Notes under the pieces: model-generated
What the model was told of the DNA's origin: nothing
The model's input: only the letters and a program-made list of their open reading frames with translations
Databases searched by the model: none
Assembly: GCA_964016885.1 (NCBI GenBank)
Contig: OZ024743.1
Location: 282,472,001 to 282,536,000, forward strand
Length of the DNA stretch: 64,000 nt
Direction of reading: 5' to 3'
From: Eledone cirrhosa
Taxonomy: Eukaryota
Translations under genes and position numbers: made by a program
In this document: positions 51,421 through 64,000 of the stretch, in pieces
How the letters are laid out: each line of letters opens with the position of its first letter
How positions within the stretch are numbered: position 1 is the stretch's first letter

Positions 51421-54400
51421 GGGAGGGCAGATGGAATATAGCTTACATCTAAGCAGATTTAACTGACCTTGTATGTAGTTGCAACTCACACAAGGTTTCT
51501 TGAGTATTTTTATGATAGGAGCCTATCATGAAAAACAATGTAAATGAAGTTTTTTGTTCAAGAACACACACAATACACTACTTGGTCTAGGAATCCAACC
51601 CATGACCTTATGATCATGAATCCAGTACTCTAATCACTAAGCCATGTGTGCCTTAATATTAGGAGTACTATCATATGCATTTCAGTAGTCAATCCAAGAC
51701 ATGCTAAAGTTTGTTTTCTTCTTTTCACCTTTTACAGTCATCTGTAATTGTTCAGTTCTGTTCTTTATAGCCATACATTCCTTTCTGGCATCCTCTCTGT
51801 TCCCCTTTAATATGTTATAGTTCTCCTGATGAGTAATCACTCTGTTTTACAATATGGAGGCAAGGGCTTTATATGTTTTTGACAAGCATATTATAAACCT
51901 ATAATTTTTGGGGTCTCTGGTATTTTTTGTTTTGGGGGATTCATGTTTCACCTTCTTCCAGCAGCCAATCACATATTGATTCTGTTCCACTTACCACTAC
52001 ATCGAATGTTGCTGCAATATACCCATGGATAGTAATCAAGTGCTTCAACCAGAAATTGGGGTGGGGGTGGGGTCTTGTCAATTCTAAATACTTTCCAATT
52101 GTTGTTATAATTGCTATTATTAGAGTGGTGGATTGGCAAAATCATTAGAGCATCAGTCAAAATGTTTGTGGTATTTGTTCTGGCTCTTTACATTCTGAGT
52201 TCAAATCCTGCCAAAGTCAACTTTGCTTTTCATCCTTCCAGTGTTCATAAAATAAAGCACCACTCAAATGTTGGGCCAAATTACTGGTCTGGTGCCTAAA
52301 ATTTAAAAAAAATCACCATCATCATTAAATTGGCAAAATCACAAGAGCATTAGATAAAATGTCTGCAGTATTTGTTCTGGCTCTTTACATTCTGAGTTGA
52401 AATCCCATTAAGGTCAACTTTGTCTTTCTTCCTTCCAGGGTCAATAAAATAAAATACTAATCTTGTAAGGGGTCAATATAATCGACTTTCACCTCCCCTC
52501 AAATTACTGGCCTTATTTGGTCTTTTAACTATAATTCTTGTCAAAGGCATTTATATATTTCATCATCATCATCACCACTTTTATGACTGCTTTTCCATGT
52601 TGACTTTGAATGGATGGATTTCAATGGCTGGATTTCCTTCCTGATGCCAACCCTTGTTTTTTAAGTAAGATACTTGCTCCACCAAACTTCACATGTTGAA
52701 TAAACAATCAACCTTAATTGCATCAAATAGTGTCAATGTGATTGTGTGCAATACTGAGATTGAACCTAAAACCATGTGGTTAGAAAAGGAGCTTCTTATC
52801 CCCACAATTGTGCCCTTGCTTATTTCATATGTATAATGCTATTTGTATAATTTAAGGTCGGAGAGATAAAGAATTGTAGTTTTCTTGGAAACCAGCATTT
52901 TAAAGTCCAGATTTCCAGCTTCTGCCAACTTAAAATTAACATCTGCTAGAACATGTGAATAAGTAATAATTCATTCACATCATAAACAATATCAAAATGT
53001 ATAGGTTGGCGTCTTTTCACATTCTTTTATGCTATAAATATAGTTTCAGACTTAACACTGATTTATTCACTGAGTTTATGTTCAATTGTAAAATATGATA
53101 TAAAAGTGATTACAAATTTGTCATAACAATATTTTGGTTTATGGGTCAACTCAAGGGTATATATTTATGCTTTCAAGTTAGCAGTCTTAGAATTTTTGAT
53201 TCCATGAAATCAGAATAGCATTTTTAATTTAATCAAGGTTTTGGAAACAATTGTGCTTTATGCATAATAGTAGTTTTATGTGTGCATGAGTCTATGCACA
53301 TTGTCTATTGTATTCCCCCTTTTAAATTGTTGTTCGAATTTTATGCACAATATTAACTAGAATTTAGATTGATCACTGACTATGAAAATCATTGAGGAAA
53401 CTTTATATTCATTTATGAGGAAATTATTTAAAAAAAGCAAATGTTTATGAAAATTCTATTTTTTATTTTTATTTTTAAATATCCTATATTTACTTCTCAA
53501 ACAAAAATATCTAGATTAAAAAAACAGAAAAGAAAAACAAAACAAAATAAAAAAACACATTTGCTATGATATTTCCATGTATTGATTTTTCTGTTATTTT
53601 GTGGAAAATGTGCAATTTGAATTTATAATAAAATTCTGTTCTACTCTTACTACTACTACTTATGTACTATTTTCAAGTTATTGTTTAAAAAATAGGTTTG
53701 ATAGTTCTATTAGTTTTATTTGAAAGGATTATTATTCACATTCTATAGATTTTTAGACTATTAATATATTTTTAATCAATTTATGAATGTCTCCTCAGCA
53801 GAAGTGAAACAATATTTAAACAATAAAACTAAAACAACAAAAGAATCATGAAAAATGAATGATTTTACAATAAAGCTCAATGGACTGAGAACATGAAGTA
53901 TGCACAAAGCTACACAATCCTTAGTGTAGAATTTTAAATAGTAATTTTACAGCAGATTGCATTGTTTCTATTCTATATATTTACTCTTTCAAGTACACCT
54001 TTGATTGTGACACATCTTGTAGGTAGCTGTTACATTGTTATTCAAAATTCCAAATATCTTGCCAATAATTTATAGTTGATGCAAGGTACAAAACATTATC
54101 AGCATCACATCATCGCTGTTTTATGTCCATTTTCTACGGTGACATGGGTTGTCACATTCTGAGACTAGACAGGGCAGATGACCATATCTTGCTCATAATT
54201 TTACATATGGCTTTTATATAAAATTATGTTGGGAGATTGTAATTTAAATAAGAACCCTTTAAAATAGATGACCTTGTTTCATAAAACTAGAACCAATTTT
54301 GACTATGTTGATATGAAAATGGTTAAAGAATAAATTTATGAGAAATAAATATCCACTATATATTCTGAGATGTCAACAAGCAGTGTATTTGTAGAAACAT

Positions 54401-56088
54401 TAGAGTAAGAGACAAACTGTTTTGCTTTGTTTGTAACAGCTCCCTTGTTCAGAGTCCAACTCTCACCAATGTCAACTTTACTTTTCATCCTATTGTGGTT
54501 CATAAAATAAAGTACCAATCCAGGTCTGTAGATTGGAGGAATTGTTAAAGTATCAGGCAAGATGACTTGGAATATTTATTCTGTCTTTGCGTTCTGAGTT
54601 CTTGGATGGTCGACTTTAGCCTGATTTAATATCACCACCTAGTCTTTGGGTGCTTTTAGCAGAGTTCACTCTTTTGCAAAACCTTAGGCCAAGCCTCCAG
54701 TTTAAGGATAACTTCTTCTTTACCTCTCACCAAGCTGAGAAGATTAAAAAATCTCTGGACAAGTACCTCCAAAATTATAGTCTTCACTTTGTACAATCCA
54801 TACCCAAGCTGTGGAAAAGATTAAAAAAAAAAAAAACGTCTTATATAATACTTACTGCTTTTACAGTAGATAGATAAATAAAACGATGCCTCGGAATTAT
54901 AATTGAAATTGACAGAATTGGAATACATTGTCAGGAAAGAAACAATGGAATTGGAGGTAGTAGGGAATGTCTGAAGCCAGTGTGGAAATCATAATATACT
55001 ACCATGGAATTAGGTATCTATTATAAATAAATGCCCACAGTATAAACTGAAACCTGCCCAAAACTGCTTCTGATTCAATGAAAGATTCCACCCATTTTAG
55101 CGTGTTCTTAATTAAAATCTAATTTGAAATAATAATCTTTTGTTAAGTTATGTGATAAATGCCATCTTAATAATTAATAATTTTAATAAATCCCTCCAAA
55201 TTCTTCATTAATTAATCCAATTGCAGTGTATTTCACTAGAAATATGGTAACGAAAGAGTTAAAGAGTTATGTATGCAACTATGTACACTCACACACACAC
55301 ATATACACTTTAGTCTTCTTGCATGGCTTCTTTTATTGAAATAAGTTTAAATTACTTGAAATCCCATGAAGATTGTAAGTTGAATTTTAGCTCTACGAAA
55401 CAAATGCATGTAACAATATTGAATTATTGGTTTTTGTGTGCAGGAACAGGTGTCATAGGCAGTTGTGAATATAAGGAGAATGAAAATGTAATATAGATAA
55501 AACCATACTTGATTAGGTGAAATGTCTGAACCACTCGATGAATGTTTTATGCTTTAGATAATTGAATGTTCAAATAATTTTTTTTAACGTTGATTCAGTT
55601 TATATCCATGCAGCCATTAATTCTTTCTTGACACATTTCTAATAAAAGACACCACCTAATATTTTCAAATGACGTTGACTATAATCAAGAATTGGTGAGG
55701 GTTTTTGACAGCATAACTAACCTACTAATTATTAAGCTGTTCTTACATAAAATTATGATTGATTGTTTTTTTTTTTTTTTATAGATAAATATAAATACTT
55801 AAAAATAAGAAACAGCTTAGTATCATAGAACTAGAGACAGTTTCAGGCAGTTTGATATCAAAAAGATTAAATACCATCCTTCATGAATGGAATATCTCCA
55901 CCTCATTCTAACTTGCCATACTTTTTCTTTCAGGCATGTGGCCTAGTAGTCATTTCTTTCAGGCATGTGGCCATAAGGTCATGTATTTGATTTCCCTGAC
56001 TGGGTAGTGTATTGTGTTTTTGAGTCAGCTAAACCAGCATAGGTGGAAGCTGTAAATTTCGCTTCATTTTACTTTCTATTCCTTTCAG

Positions 56089-56245
56089 GAGCATCATTTG
56101 CAACGAGCTCTTTCTGCCCAACAAGTCTATGGAACTGCAGAAGCGTTGGTCATCCCTATTCCAGAAGTGGTACAAGTATCAGAAAAATATGAAACCTATT
56201 ACAAAGAGGACTTCAAAACAACCAAACAGTATATTCATGTTCAAG
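56089..56245 (+). CDS. EPC1: Internal coding exon (exon-2 equivalent) of Enhancer of Polycomb homolog, NuA4/TIP60 subunit, EPcA domain
   Basis: Polypyrimidine tract + cctttcag| acceptor and caag|gtaagc donor. Translation EHHLQRALSAQQVYGTAEALVIPIPEVVQVSEKYETYYKEDFKTTKQYIHVQ matches recalled human EPC1 EHHLQRAISAQQVYG...VIPVPE...FKMPKQLIHIQ. Phase 0 start, phase 1 end. Not in the ORF track. EPC1 vs EPC2 paralog naming cannot be resolved for an invertebrate. Confidence 0.95.
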
Positions 56246-57196
56246 GTAAGCATTAAAAAACAACAACAGATTTAATTATTAATATCCTGTACGGCATGAA
56301 ACCACATTAGCTAGACGTTTTTGAAAAGCATAAAACAGCACTATGGCTATACTACAATGATCTGTGAACTAGTAAAGATACAACAAACATTTAAATTAGC
56401 AAATCTGTTTTTAGATATTTTCGGAGAAATCATTACAGGATGTTAAGAGTTTTTTTATAATCGACTAACACTTATCCCTAGTTTTTCTGGCCTTGTTCCT
56501 AATAAATCATTATTCAGATGAATATTTCCTTTCTGCTATTTTAGATTTCTTCATCAAGACTTAGTCCATGATCCATCTAGGAGGGCAGTAACCCCTCATA
56601 AAACTGACTTGGTCTATGACAACCAATACAATCTATGCCACCATGGAGTAGGGGATATAAAATGATGATGAAGTAATGTATAATACATTGGTGTATAACT
56701 AATCCTCTCCTTTAACCTGTCCCTAACAAAATATGGAAAGAAGCAATATAAAATACAATGGGGGTCATTTATTTTAATATCTCTGGTAACAAAGCCTTTT
56801 TGATAAAAATAACCAGCTGATAAAATTAAGCTAATAGTTTTGCACCCACTACTTTTGATACTAAGAATCAACATTATTTGTGATTATCATAAGTGGTTTC
56901 CACTGCATTACATGTACACTACTAATTTTCTGGTCCACTTGGTTCCACACCCATGCTAAATTATTTATGCTGGACTAGAAAATAATTTATTAGGACCATA
57001 TTATGATATCAGAAACACTTTCCTAATTCTTCAACTATGGGCACATACGTTTAATACTAAATCTAACACCATGCACTAAATCCTAACAAGAATTAACTAA
57101 ACTGGCAGGCCACAGAAAATATAAGTGTTTTTACTCAATATTATGCCCAGATTAAAATATATGCCAGATCATCAGTTGTTGGACAATCAGTGGTAT

Positions 57197-57475
57197 CATT
57201 TTCATTCATTTTCATTTTACGTCCGCTTTTTCCCTGCTTGCAAGGGTGGGACGGGAACTGATTCTGGCTCGATTTCTACAGCTGGATGCCCTTCCTAACA
57301 CCAACCTCATTTACAGTGAGTGCTGGGTGCTTTTTTTTGCTGTGGCACCTCCACGACCACTTTGCAGTGGAATGATATGGACCCCAGTCCCTATCATCTC
57401 ATTTCTACAGCTGAGTAAACTGGAGCAATGTGAAATAAAGTGTCTTGCTCAAGGAAACAACACATCACCCGGTCT
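57197..57475 (-). mobile_element. 5'-truncated copy of the RTE-tailed SINE
   Basis: Nearly identical to 29052-29320; TSD gtggtat at 57190-57196 and 57476-57482; lacks the tRNA head. Confidence 0.93.
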
Positions 57476-59599
57476 GTGGTATACCTATATTAATAATAAA
57501 CAGGAACACTAGACAATATAAAAACCGAAATTAAACAAATCTACAGACGTGTGGTGTCATAATACAACCCACTTCGCTGTTATGATGGTTATATAAAAAC
57601 ATCACTTAACTGGTGGAAGTGTATTAATGAAATCTATTCTGTAATTCAAATATTGAAAAAGCAATTCAAAATTACTTTAAGAAACAAAAAATTTATAAAT
57701 TAAGCTTAATTTGTGTCTGATAATGTAAGAGATATTCCCTGACATATTTGTTTAATTCAATTACCGTATCATCGTCATCATCGTTTAACGTCCATCTTCC
57801 ACGCTTGCATGGGTTTGGACGGGAGTTTTCCCACTTGAGGAGTGGTTGTCTTGCTCGCATAGTATATATTCGAATATAAGCCAACCTATTTTATGTCTGA
57901 GAAATGGACAAAAATTAAAACCCTGTTTATAAACAGTGGCAGCCAATCAACACATTATGTTTAGATGATGTGGTTATGAAATTCTCATGAGTATAAAATA
58001 TAATTATGAAATTTTAACGTTTTGATGTTTAAAATGTTTTAAGTGTCGTTTAGAATATAGTTTTTGTTTCAAAACTCCACTGCATAATGCTTTTTTACTA
58101 TTACACCTGTTTCATAGTTTCAACAAGTTTCTTGTATTTTTGTTTATTTGAGGCCACTCACATTCTGGGAGTAGTACTTTTAAAGCAAGAGATTGAATAA
58201 GATAACTTTATATAGAGATCCATAGAGTTTCTACTATGAGGGAGGGCAAGAGTAAGAAGGGAGAGAGATAGGGAGACCAATAAAACACAAGTCAGAAGTA
58301 AGAAAGAAAAGATATTAAGTCAGAGAAAAACAGTCAGTGCATGTATGGGTGCATGCATGTATATATAAAAGTGTTTAAATTATAAAAAACATTGTTAGAA
58401 ATATTTTCAAGGAATGCATAAATAACACTAATGACTATGTAGTTTAAAAAAAAAAAAAGTTTCATTATAAAATAATCACTTCAGACATTTGAGCACATGT
58501 AGAATTTGAAGTTGGTGAAAATCTGCAAAATATTGATCTCTAATATAAACTGATCAATTTTTTTTTTTTTTTTTGTCACATTTCATACGGCAACTGAGAT
58601 ATTTATTTAAGTCAATTGAGAGTTCATTTAAATGAAAATGAAAAAAGAAAAGAAATAATGTTTCATAATATATTATGAAACAATGTGATATGTTAGGGTT
58701 ATGAAATATTATGTTGTATGTTTTGAATCTCACATTTAATATTTAAATATTGATTTCTAATTTAGGCACGAGGCCTGTAAATTTTGGGGCAGGGCAAAGT
58801 TGATTAAATCAACCCTAGAACTTGACTTTTATAAAATAAAGTATGTCAAGTATTGGGGTTGATTTAATCAACTTTGCCCGTCTCCCAAATTTGATGGTCT
58901 TGTGCCTAAATTTGAAAAACCAGCAAAAATATTATTACCATTACAGTTGTTGTTTTAGCCCCAGGCCAGACTGTGATGGAAAAAAAATTGTAAAATGTAA
59001 CCACCCTGTCTTTTTCACAGACAGTGTGCATTCAGAACCACATTATTTAAAGTGTCCTTTCCCTTTTAAGTTATTAGAATGTAATTTGACTGGGGTTTGA
59101 CCACTATTTCTTGTAGGTTGAATGAATGTTGAGGCTTCCTCTTTAACTGATCATTATATGAGCCCCAAGTCAGCACAAATCAAGTAGACCTAGTATTAAA
59201 GATGTTCCGGCCATAACCATCATGTTTTTTTGGACATCCAGAAAAACATTGTTCAACATCAACATATTGAACAATGTATTTCTTTTTAAAACAGTTAGAT
59301 GTGATTGAAAGTAGATAGATTTGGCTGATTGAAAGTAGATAGGTTGAGCAACATTATAGATGCTATCTCATGGATTAGGATAGACCACAACACCTGGGTA
59401 AATTTTAACTGTTTCGTTACCATATTTCTATATATACTGTCTATAATTTTCAAATAATCTTGAAAATAATTGAGAATTTAGAGAGATTTGATAATATAAC
59501 TGTCTCATTTATTAAGCTAGTGTTTGAAGCATAACTTCAAGTTATGCTTAAGTTTCTTACATAAAATTATGCTGAAAGGTTTATGTATATAAGGTAGAT

Positions 59600-60890
59600 A
59601 GGATAGATACTGCCAATTTCTGCTGCCTTGTCTGCTTTGGTGGATGAACAGTGAGTATCTATCTCACTCATGGTGTAAAGTCTAGCAAGTGGGGTACTCT
59701 TTGGTGAAGATGAGTAGGCTGTTGAAAGATTCTTATGGACATCTTGGCATGTCCTCTTAGTTGAAGATACCTTGGAGTTGAGAAGTAGACATGGTGCTTG
59801 GCATGTCCTCTTAGTTGAAGATACCTTGGAATTGAGAAGTAGACATGGTGCAACTGCATTAGCAGTCACTTTTGGTGGCTGGTATTTAAGGGAGCTGCTG
59901 CACCAAGTAGCCTGAGGAGATTCTATGCTTTCCTACAAGAGCGAATGAAATCCAACTCTTCCACTGTTTTTTGCCAGCCTGTCTGTCTAGCTTAGTCAAG
60001 GGAGTCTAAGAGTTCCATAGCAATGTCAAGATCACCTGAGGCTTCATAGCTCTTGAGAAGCTCTTTAGATTCTGGGAGCCAGCATGGGGTGTGAAATTGA
60101 CAGAAGCTTTGTGGGATGTGTTTCTTGGCAGCGTCTTTCAGAATCTTACAAAATGAAGTATAATTCTTGGGAACAGGTTTCAAGCTGATGATTTGTTCCT
60201 CCACTTCTGAGCTGAAGGATTCCCAATCAGCCTTCCTTAAGTTTTACAGCTGGTCTATGTTGGCTGTGGGGGTAAGTGGAGGAGTATCTTGCGAGAAGCC
60301 TGAACAGGATGGCCACTGATTGATTTGGAGAGGTAGCAGTGGTGTGGGCTGTAATCATTCTTCTAGCGACTAGAATGGAACATGCCAGGTTATTTGGCAT
60401 CATGGAGAAGATAGCGATCACCAGCTGAAGCCCATGCCTCCTTATCTGTGGCATAGCCTCATGAAGAGTGGTGGTTGTTGAAGTTGCATGCAGTTCCAGA
60501 TGACAGGAAAAGTTTTGGTAATGGTGAGATCCCTGACTCTCACAGTAGTGATAAATATGTTATCCCTGCAGGATTCCTCAAGAACAGAAAATTCTGTAAT
60601 AGCATGCCTGTTATATGTGGCAACACCATATTTCAAATGGGGTACTGCAGCAATTAGCTTGTACCCATAGTTGCAAAACTTAGAGCAGCTCTCAACATAA
60701 TCAATAATGTATTTCCTGTACTAATGTGACATCAATGTCAAGATCTTTTGCTGTTTTAGCCAGGTAGTCACTTTGCTCTCGACATACCTTCTGCATTGTT
60801 CTGTAGGATATGTGGAGTTTTCCTGATGTGTCGGAAAGGTTGGCTCTTAGAAGGATTGTTGGGGTGAGGATTCATAAGAGTCATGAACAA
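59600..60890 (-). mobile_element. Decayed Vingi/Ingi-like LINE (APE and tether region)
   Basis: YPHSQHRP, KADWESF, AAKKHIPQ..PCW, YEASGDLDIAMELLDSLD, LDFIRSCRKA*NLLRLLGAA, VTANAVA match my recollection of Vingi ORFs; internal 54-bp tandem duplication at 59743-59850. Confidence 0.7.
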
Positions 60891-61919
60891 AAAGATTTTG
60901 ACAACAAAGCAAGTTGATTGTACAAGTTGTGCATATATTAAGCAATGGTATTAGTTAGAATGAATTCTGTACAGAGTGGACCATGTGAAGGTTGCCATCT
61001 CCCATTCCATTAGGTAACCTAAAAGGCAGCTGAAATATTATTACAATTATATTTGTAATTGTTGCTACAGACCATGACCATGTTGTCTTTTTTCCAGACA
61101 ATATGCATTCAAGACCACATTATTTTGTCTCCTTTCTCTTTTAAGATATTAGTGTATGATTTGAGGTTGTCATTTCTAGCAGGTTGAGATACTATGTAAT
61201 GGCAATCTTGTGGGTGTAGGATAGGCTACAAACAAACCATGGCTAATTATAAATTGTGAATTACTAGAAATATTTTCCAAAATGTTACTTGTGATGAGTG
61301 CTTCAGAGATTCTAATGTACCTTAAGTACTTTGTTCTATTTGCCTCTGGCACAATAGGTAGAAACAATTCTGTATGAAAACTGGTCTGAAACACATCAAG
61401 CTTTCAAGCGTATGTTCTAGATATTCACAACACATACAACAATGTAATTTGGTGGGAAAGGTGTATATTTATGATTTAACATACTTACATACATATATAC
61501 ATTAATACCTACATGTGTATGTATGTATCATTTGCATATATGTAATTCTTAATTTATTTCTAATTCATTTATCTCAATAATTTTAGAGCCTTTTCTTTCT
61601 TTCTCCTTGTTCACTGTATTACTTCCATTTTTTATGCTAGAGATGTTTTTTTGTTTTGCTTTTAAAATTACCAATCTATATATAAATTGTATATTATTGG
61701 AGCAGTTGTTTTTACAATTGAATCTCATTCCCTCAACTATGGAATAAGGACTGGGTGTAGAGAAAAATAATGAGAAGCAGAGGATTTGTTTCTTAGAAAA
61801 TAATCATTATGTGTATATATATATATATAATGGAAAAATTTGAACAGGGACAAAACAGAGAGGCAGTACAACGAATGTTTATTAATTTCACGCTCTGGAG
61901 TGTGGGGTGTTGGTGAGGG

Positions 61920-61952
61920 ACGACGTTTCGGGCATAAGCCCTTCCTCAGGTG
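61920..61952 (-). ncRNA. Minimal type I hammerhead ribozyme core in a Penelope-like pseudo-LTR fragment (~61830-61985)
   Basis: Minus strand: ac CUGAGGA a GGGC uuau GCCC GAAA cGUC gu. Core, stem II and a short palindromic stem III are present; stem I is only 2 bp; AATAAA lies downstream. Confidence 0.6.
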
Positions 61953-61980
61953 AGAAGTGTGTGGGAACAGAGTTCAAAGG

Positions 61981-62071
<91 letters not shown>

Positions 62072-62609
62072 GTGTGTGATGCTGTTTCTCTCTACCAAAT
62101 TTCACTCACAAGGTATTGGTCTGTCCAAAGTTATTGTAGAAGACATTTGCTCAAAATCCTGTGATTGCAAAATGAACTTCTTAACCACATAGCTATACCT
62201 ATACATGGTTAAAAGAATCATTTTCAATTGCTGAATGTGATAGATACATGTCTCTATAATGAATTTAATCAGCTATTTAGACAATAAATTAACTGACTAG
62301 TCTGAGATTGGTATCAGACTTAATATGAAGTATAATAATTCTACATTTCTGTGATGTTTTGTTGATCTGGATCAGTCATTCTACATTGATATATATAACA
62401 TTGGTCAAGTGATGAACCTTGGTAGTGAAAAGGTTGAGAATCACTGGGCGAGTGCAGTTAATATTTAGTTGTTGCTGGTTAGTGGGTGAAAAGGGAATGA
62501 ATTCTAGAAGGATGTAGTTTTCGGTTATGTTTTAGGATGTGGATGCTAGTAGAAATAATGAGGCAGGTTAATACACCAAGTAGATTACATGGGCATAGAG
62601 CTAGTAAGC

Positions 62610-62854
62610 TTAACCATTTTGTTACTATATTTCTAATGAAAGTCACTGCCTATGATTTCCAAATAATTTTGGAAATAAATAAGAATTTGGAGGGATTTAG
62701 TGATATAATTAACTTTCTCATTATTAAGCTGATGTTTAGAATGTAACTTAATGGTCTTACATAAGATTATGATCGAAGGTTTTTAGATAAGCACAAACAG
62801 TTTGTATCATAAAAGCAATGGCAATTTCAAGCAGCTTGGTATCAAAAGAGTTAA
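62610..62854 (+). mobile_element. MITE A, complete copy
   Basis: TTAA-ccattttgttac...gtatcaaaagag-TTAA. Confidence 0.85.
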
Positions 62855-62871
62855 AAAGAAAAAGACTTTAA

Positions 62872-63079
62872 CTCTTTAGTATTCAAACCAGCCATATCAG
62901 GCCAGAATTCTCTCACCTCTTTCTGTTCAAACCAGCTATAACTGACCCCCCATACCGACGTTAAGGTATTGTTCTCAATATAAATAATATCAAAATCTCA
63001 TAGATTCAAAATTATGTGAGGTTAAGCATTTACCCTGAAAATATAATAGTAAATATAGAGTAATGTAAATGCTAAAGAG
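62872..63079 (+). mobile_element. piggyBac-type MITE family B, complete copy
   Basis: TTAA(62868-62871) ctctttagtattca...taaatgctaaagag TTAA(63080-63083); ~14-bp imperfect TIRs. Confidence 0.88.
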
Positions 63080-64000
63080 TTAAGATAGATTTGGAGGAAA
63101 CATAGTTTAATGGAAGGTCACCTGTTACAGAGTGATGGTGAGAGGTAAAGTGTATGCCTCAGGTACACAGCTTTTAGATACCATCTAGAATGTCTGCTGG
63201 TAGTATACTATCTTAAATGAGTGAATTTTACTCCAGTGTAAGCTTTGTTATAGATAACCAGCTGTTCAGGTTTGGAGTATTTTGTCTAGCCCAGTAGAGC
63301 CTTTGTAATGCAGTTGTGGTTATGTGAAGAATCTATGCGTCTATAAGAAGTTGTAGATTGTTATCCAGGCATTTGTAAAGAGTGATGCTGGTTTTTGAAC
63401 TAATTGTGTTGCTTGTACACAAAGACATTACTGAACATGCATAGAATCAGCTTCATGTTTCTGACCTGAGTCTGTTATTACAGATTGTATTCGTGTATAA
63501 CAAAAGTAGAAAAATATCTCAGCATGTTGAAATGGCATAAACATTCAAACTTCATTATATGAATCTAGTGAATTTATTATTTTATTAAGTATTAATTAAA
63601 TAGATTGTTTAAAAATAAATTAACTTTAATATAACAGAATCTCTGTGGTTAACATACATTCTTAATTATTTCCAGTAGGAAACAAATAGTGTATTAGTGC
63701 TGAATAAATAATACTTGCTGAGTATCTTTCTGAGATGCAATCAATCATACCACACTGTCTTGTCTATTAAGGTTACTATGGAGCAAAATTCTTTATCTAT
63801 TTATATTATGTAAATTATGAGTTTTATCTGAAAGATATATTTAAAGTAAAAATTCTAAAATCTAGAGTTTAAAATCAATACATTTGTTTAAAGAATATCC
63901 AGTGTGATGTCTAACATACATGACATGATGGTAAGCTTTAGTATAAGAAATTGAACACTGCATTTCTATTAATCTATGATCTGTGCTTGTAAATCTAAGA

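Overview
AT-rich animal genomic DNA, almost entirely intronic and repeat-derived. The repeat landscape resembles that of octopus/coleoid cephalopods; this is inference from recalled repeat families, not a database result. The only host coding sequence I can support is one 157-nt exon (56089-56245, +) matching exon 2 of Enhancer of Polycomb (EPC1/2). Neither neighbouring exon was found, so the window is probably the distal >56 kb of intron 1 plus the start of intron 2. The intron holds many mobile elements. RTE clade: two near-identical young LINE copies in inverted orientation (their RT carries an inserted PHD-type finger), an RTE ending in C2H2 fingers, a bipartite non-autonomous RTE and a decayed Rex3/Expander-like copy. 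Other LINE remnants: R4/Dong-like, CRE-like and Vingi-like. Also present: a 2.6-kb non-autonomous Helitron, a Penelope-type hammerhead core, two TTAA piggyBac-type MITE families, several modular tRNA-derived SINE families, a fresh 456-bp tandem duplication and several fold-back palindromes. I found no clear wholly new system. The best leads are the inverted LINE pair (long intronic dsRNA), the PHD-in-RT LINE with its tail-sharing SINE, and the covarying RTE 3' stem-loop. Coordinates of decayed repeats are approximate.
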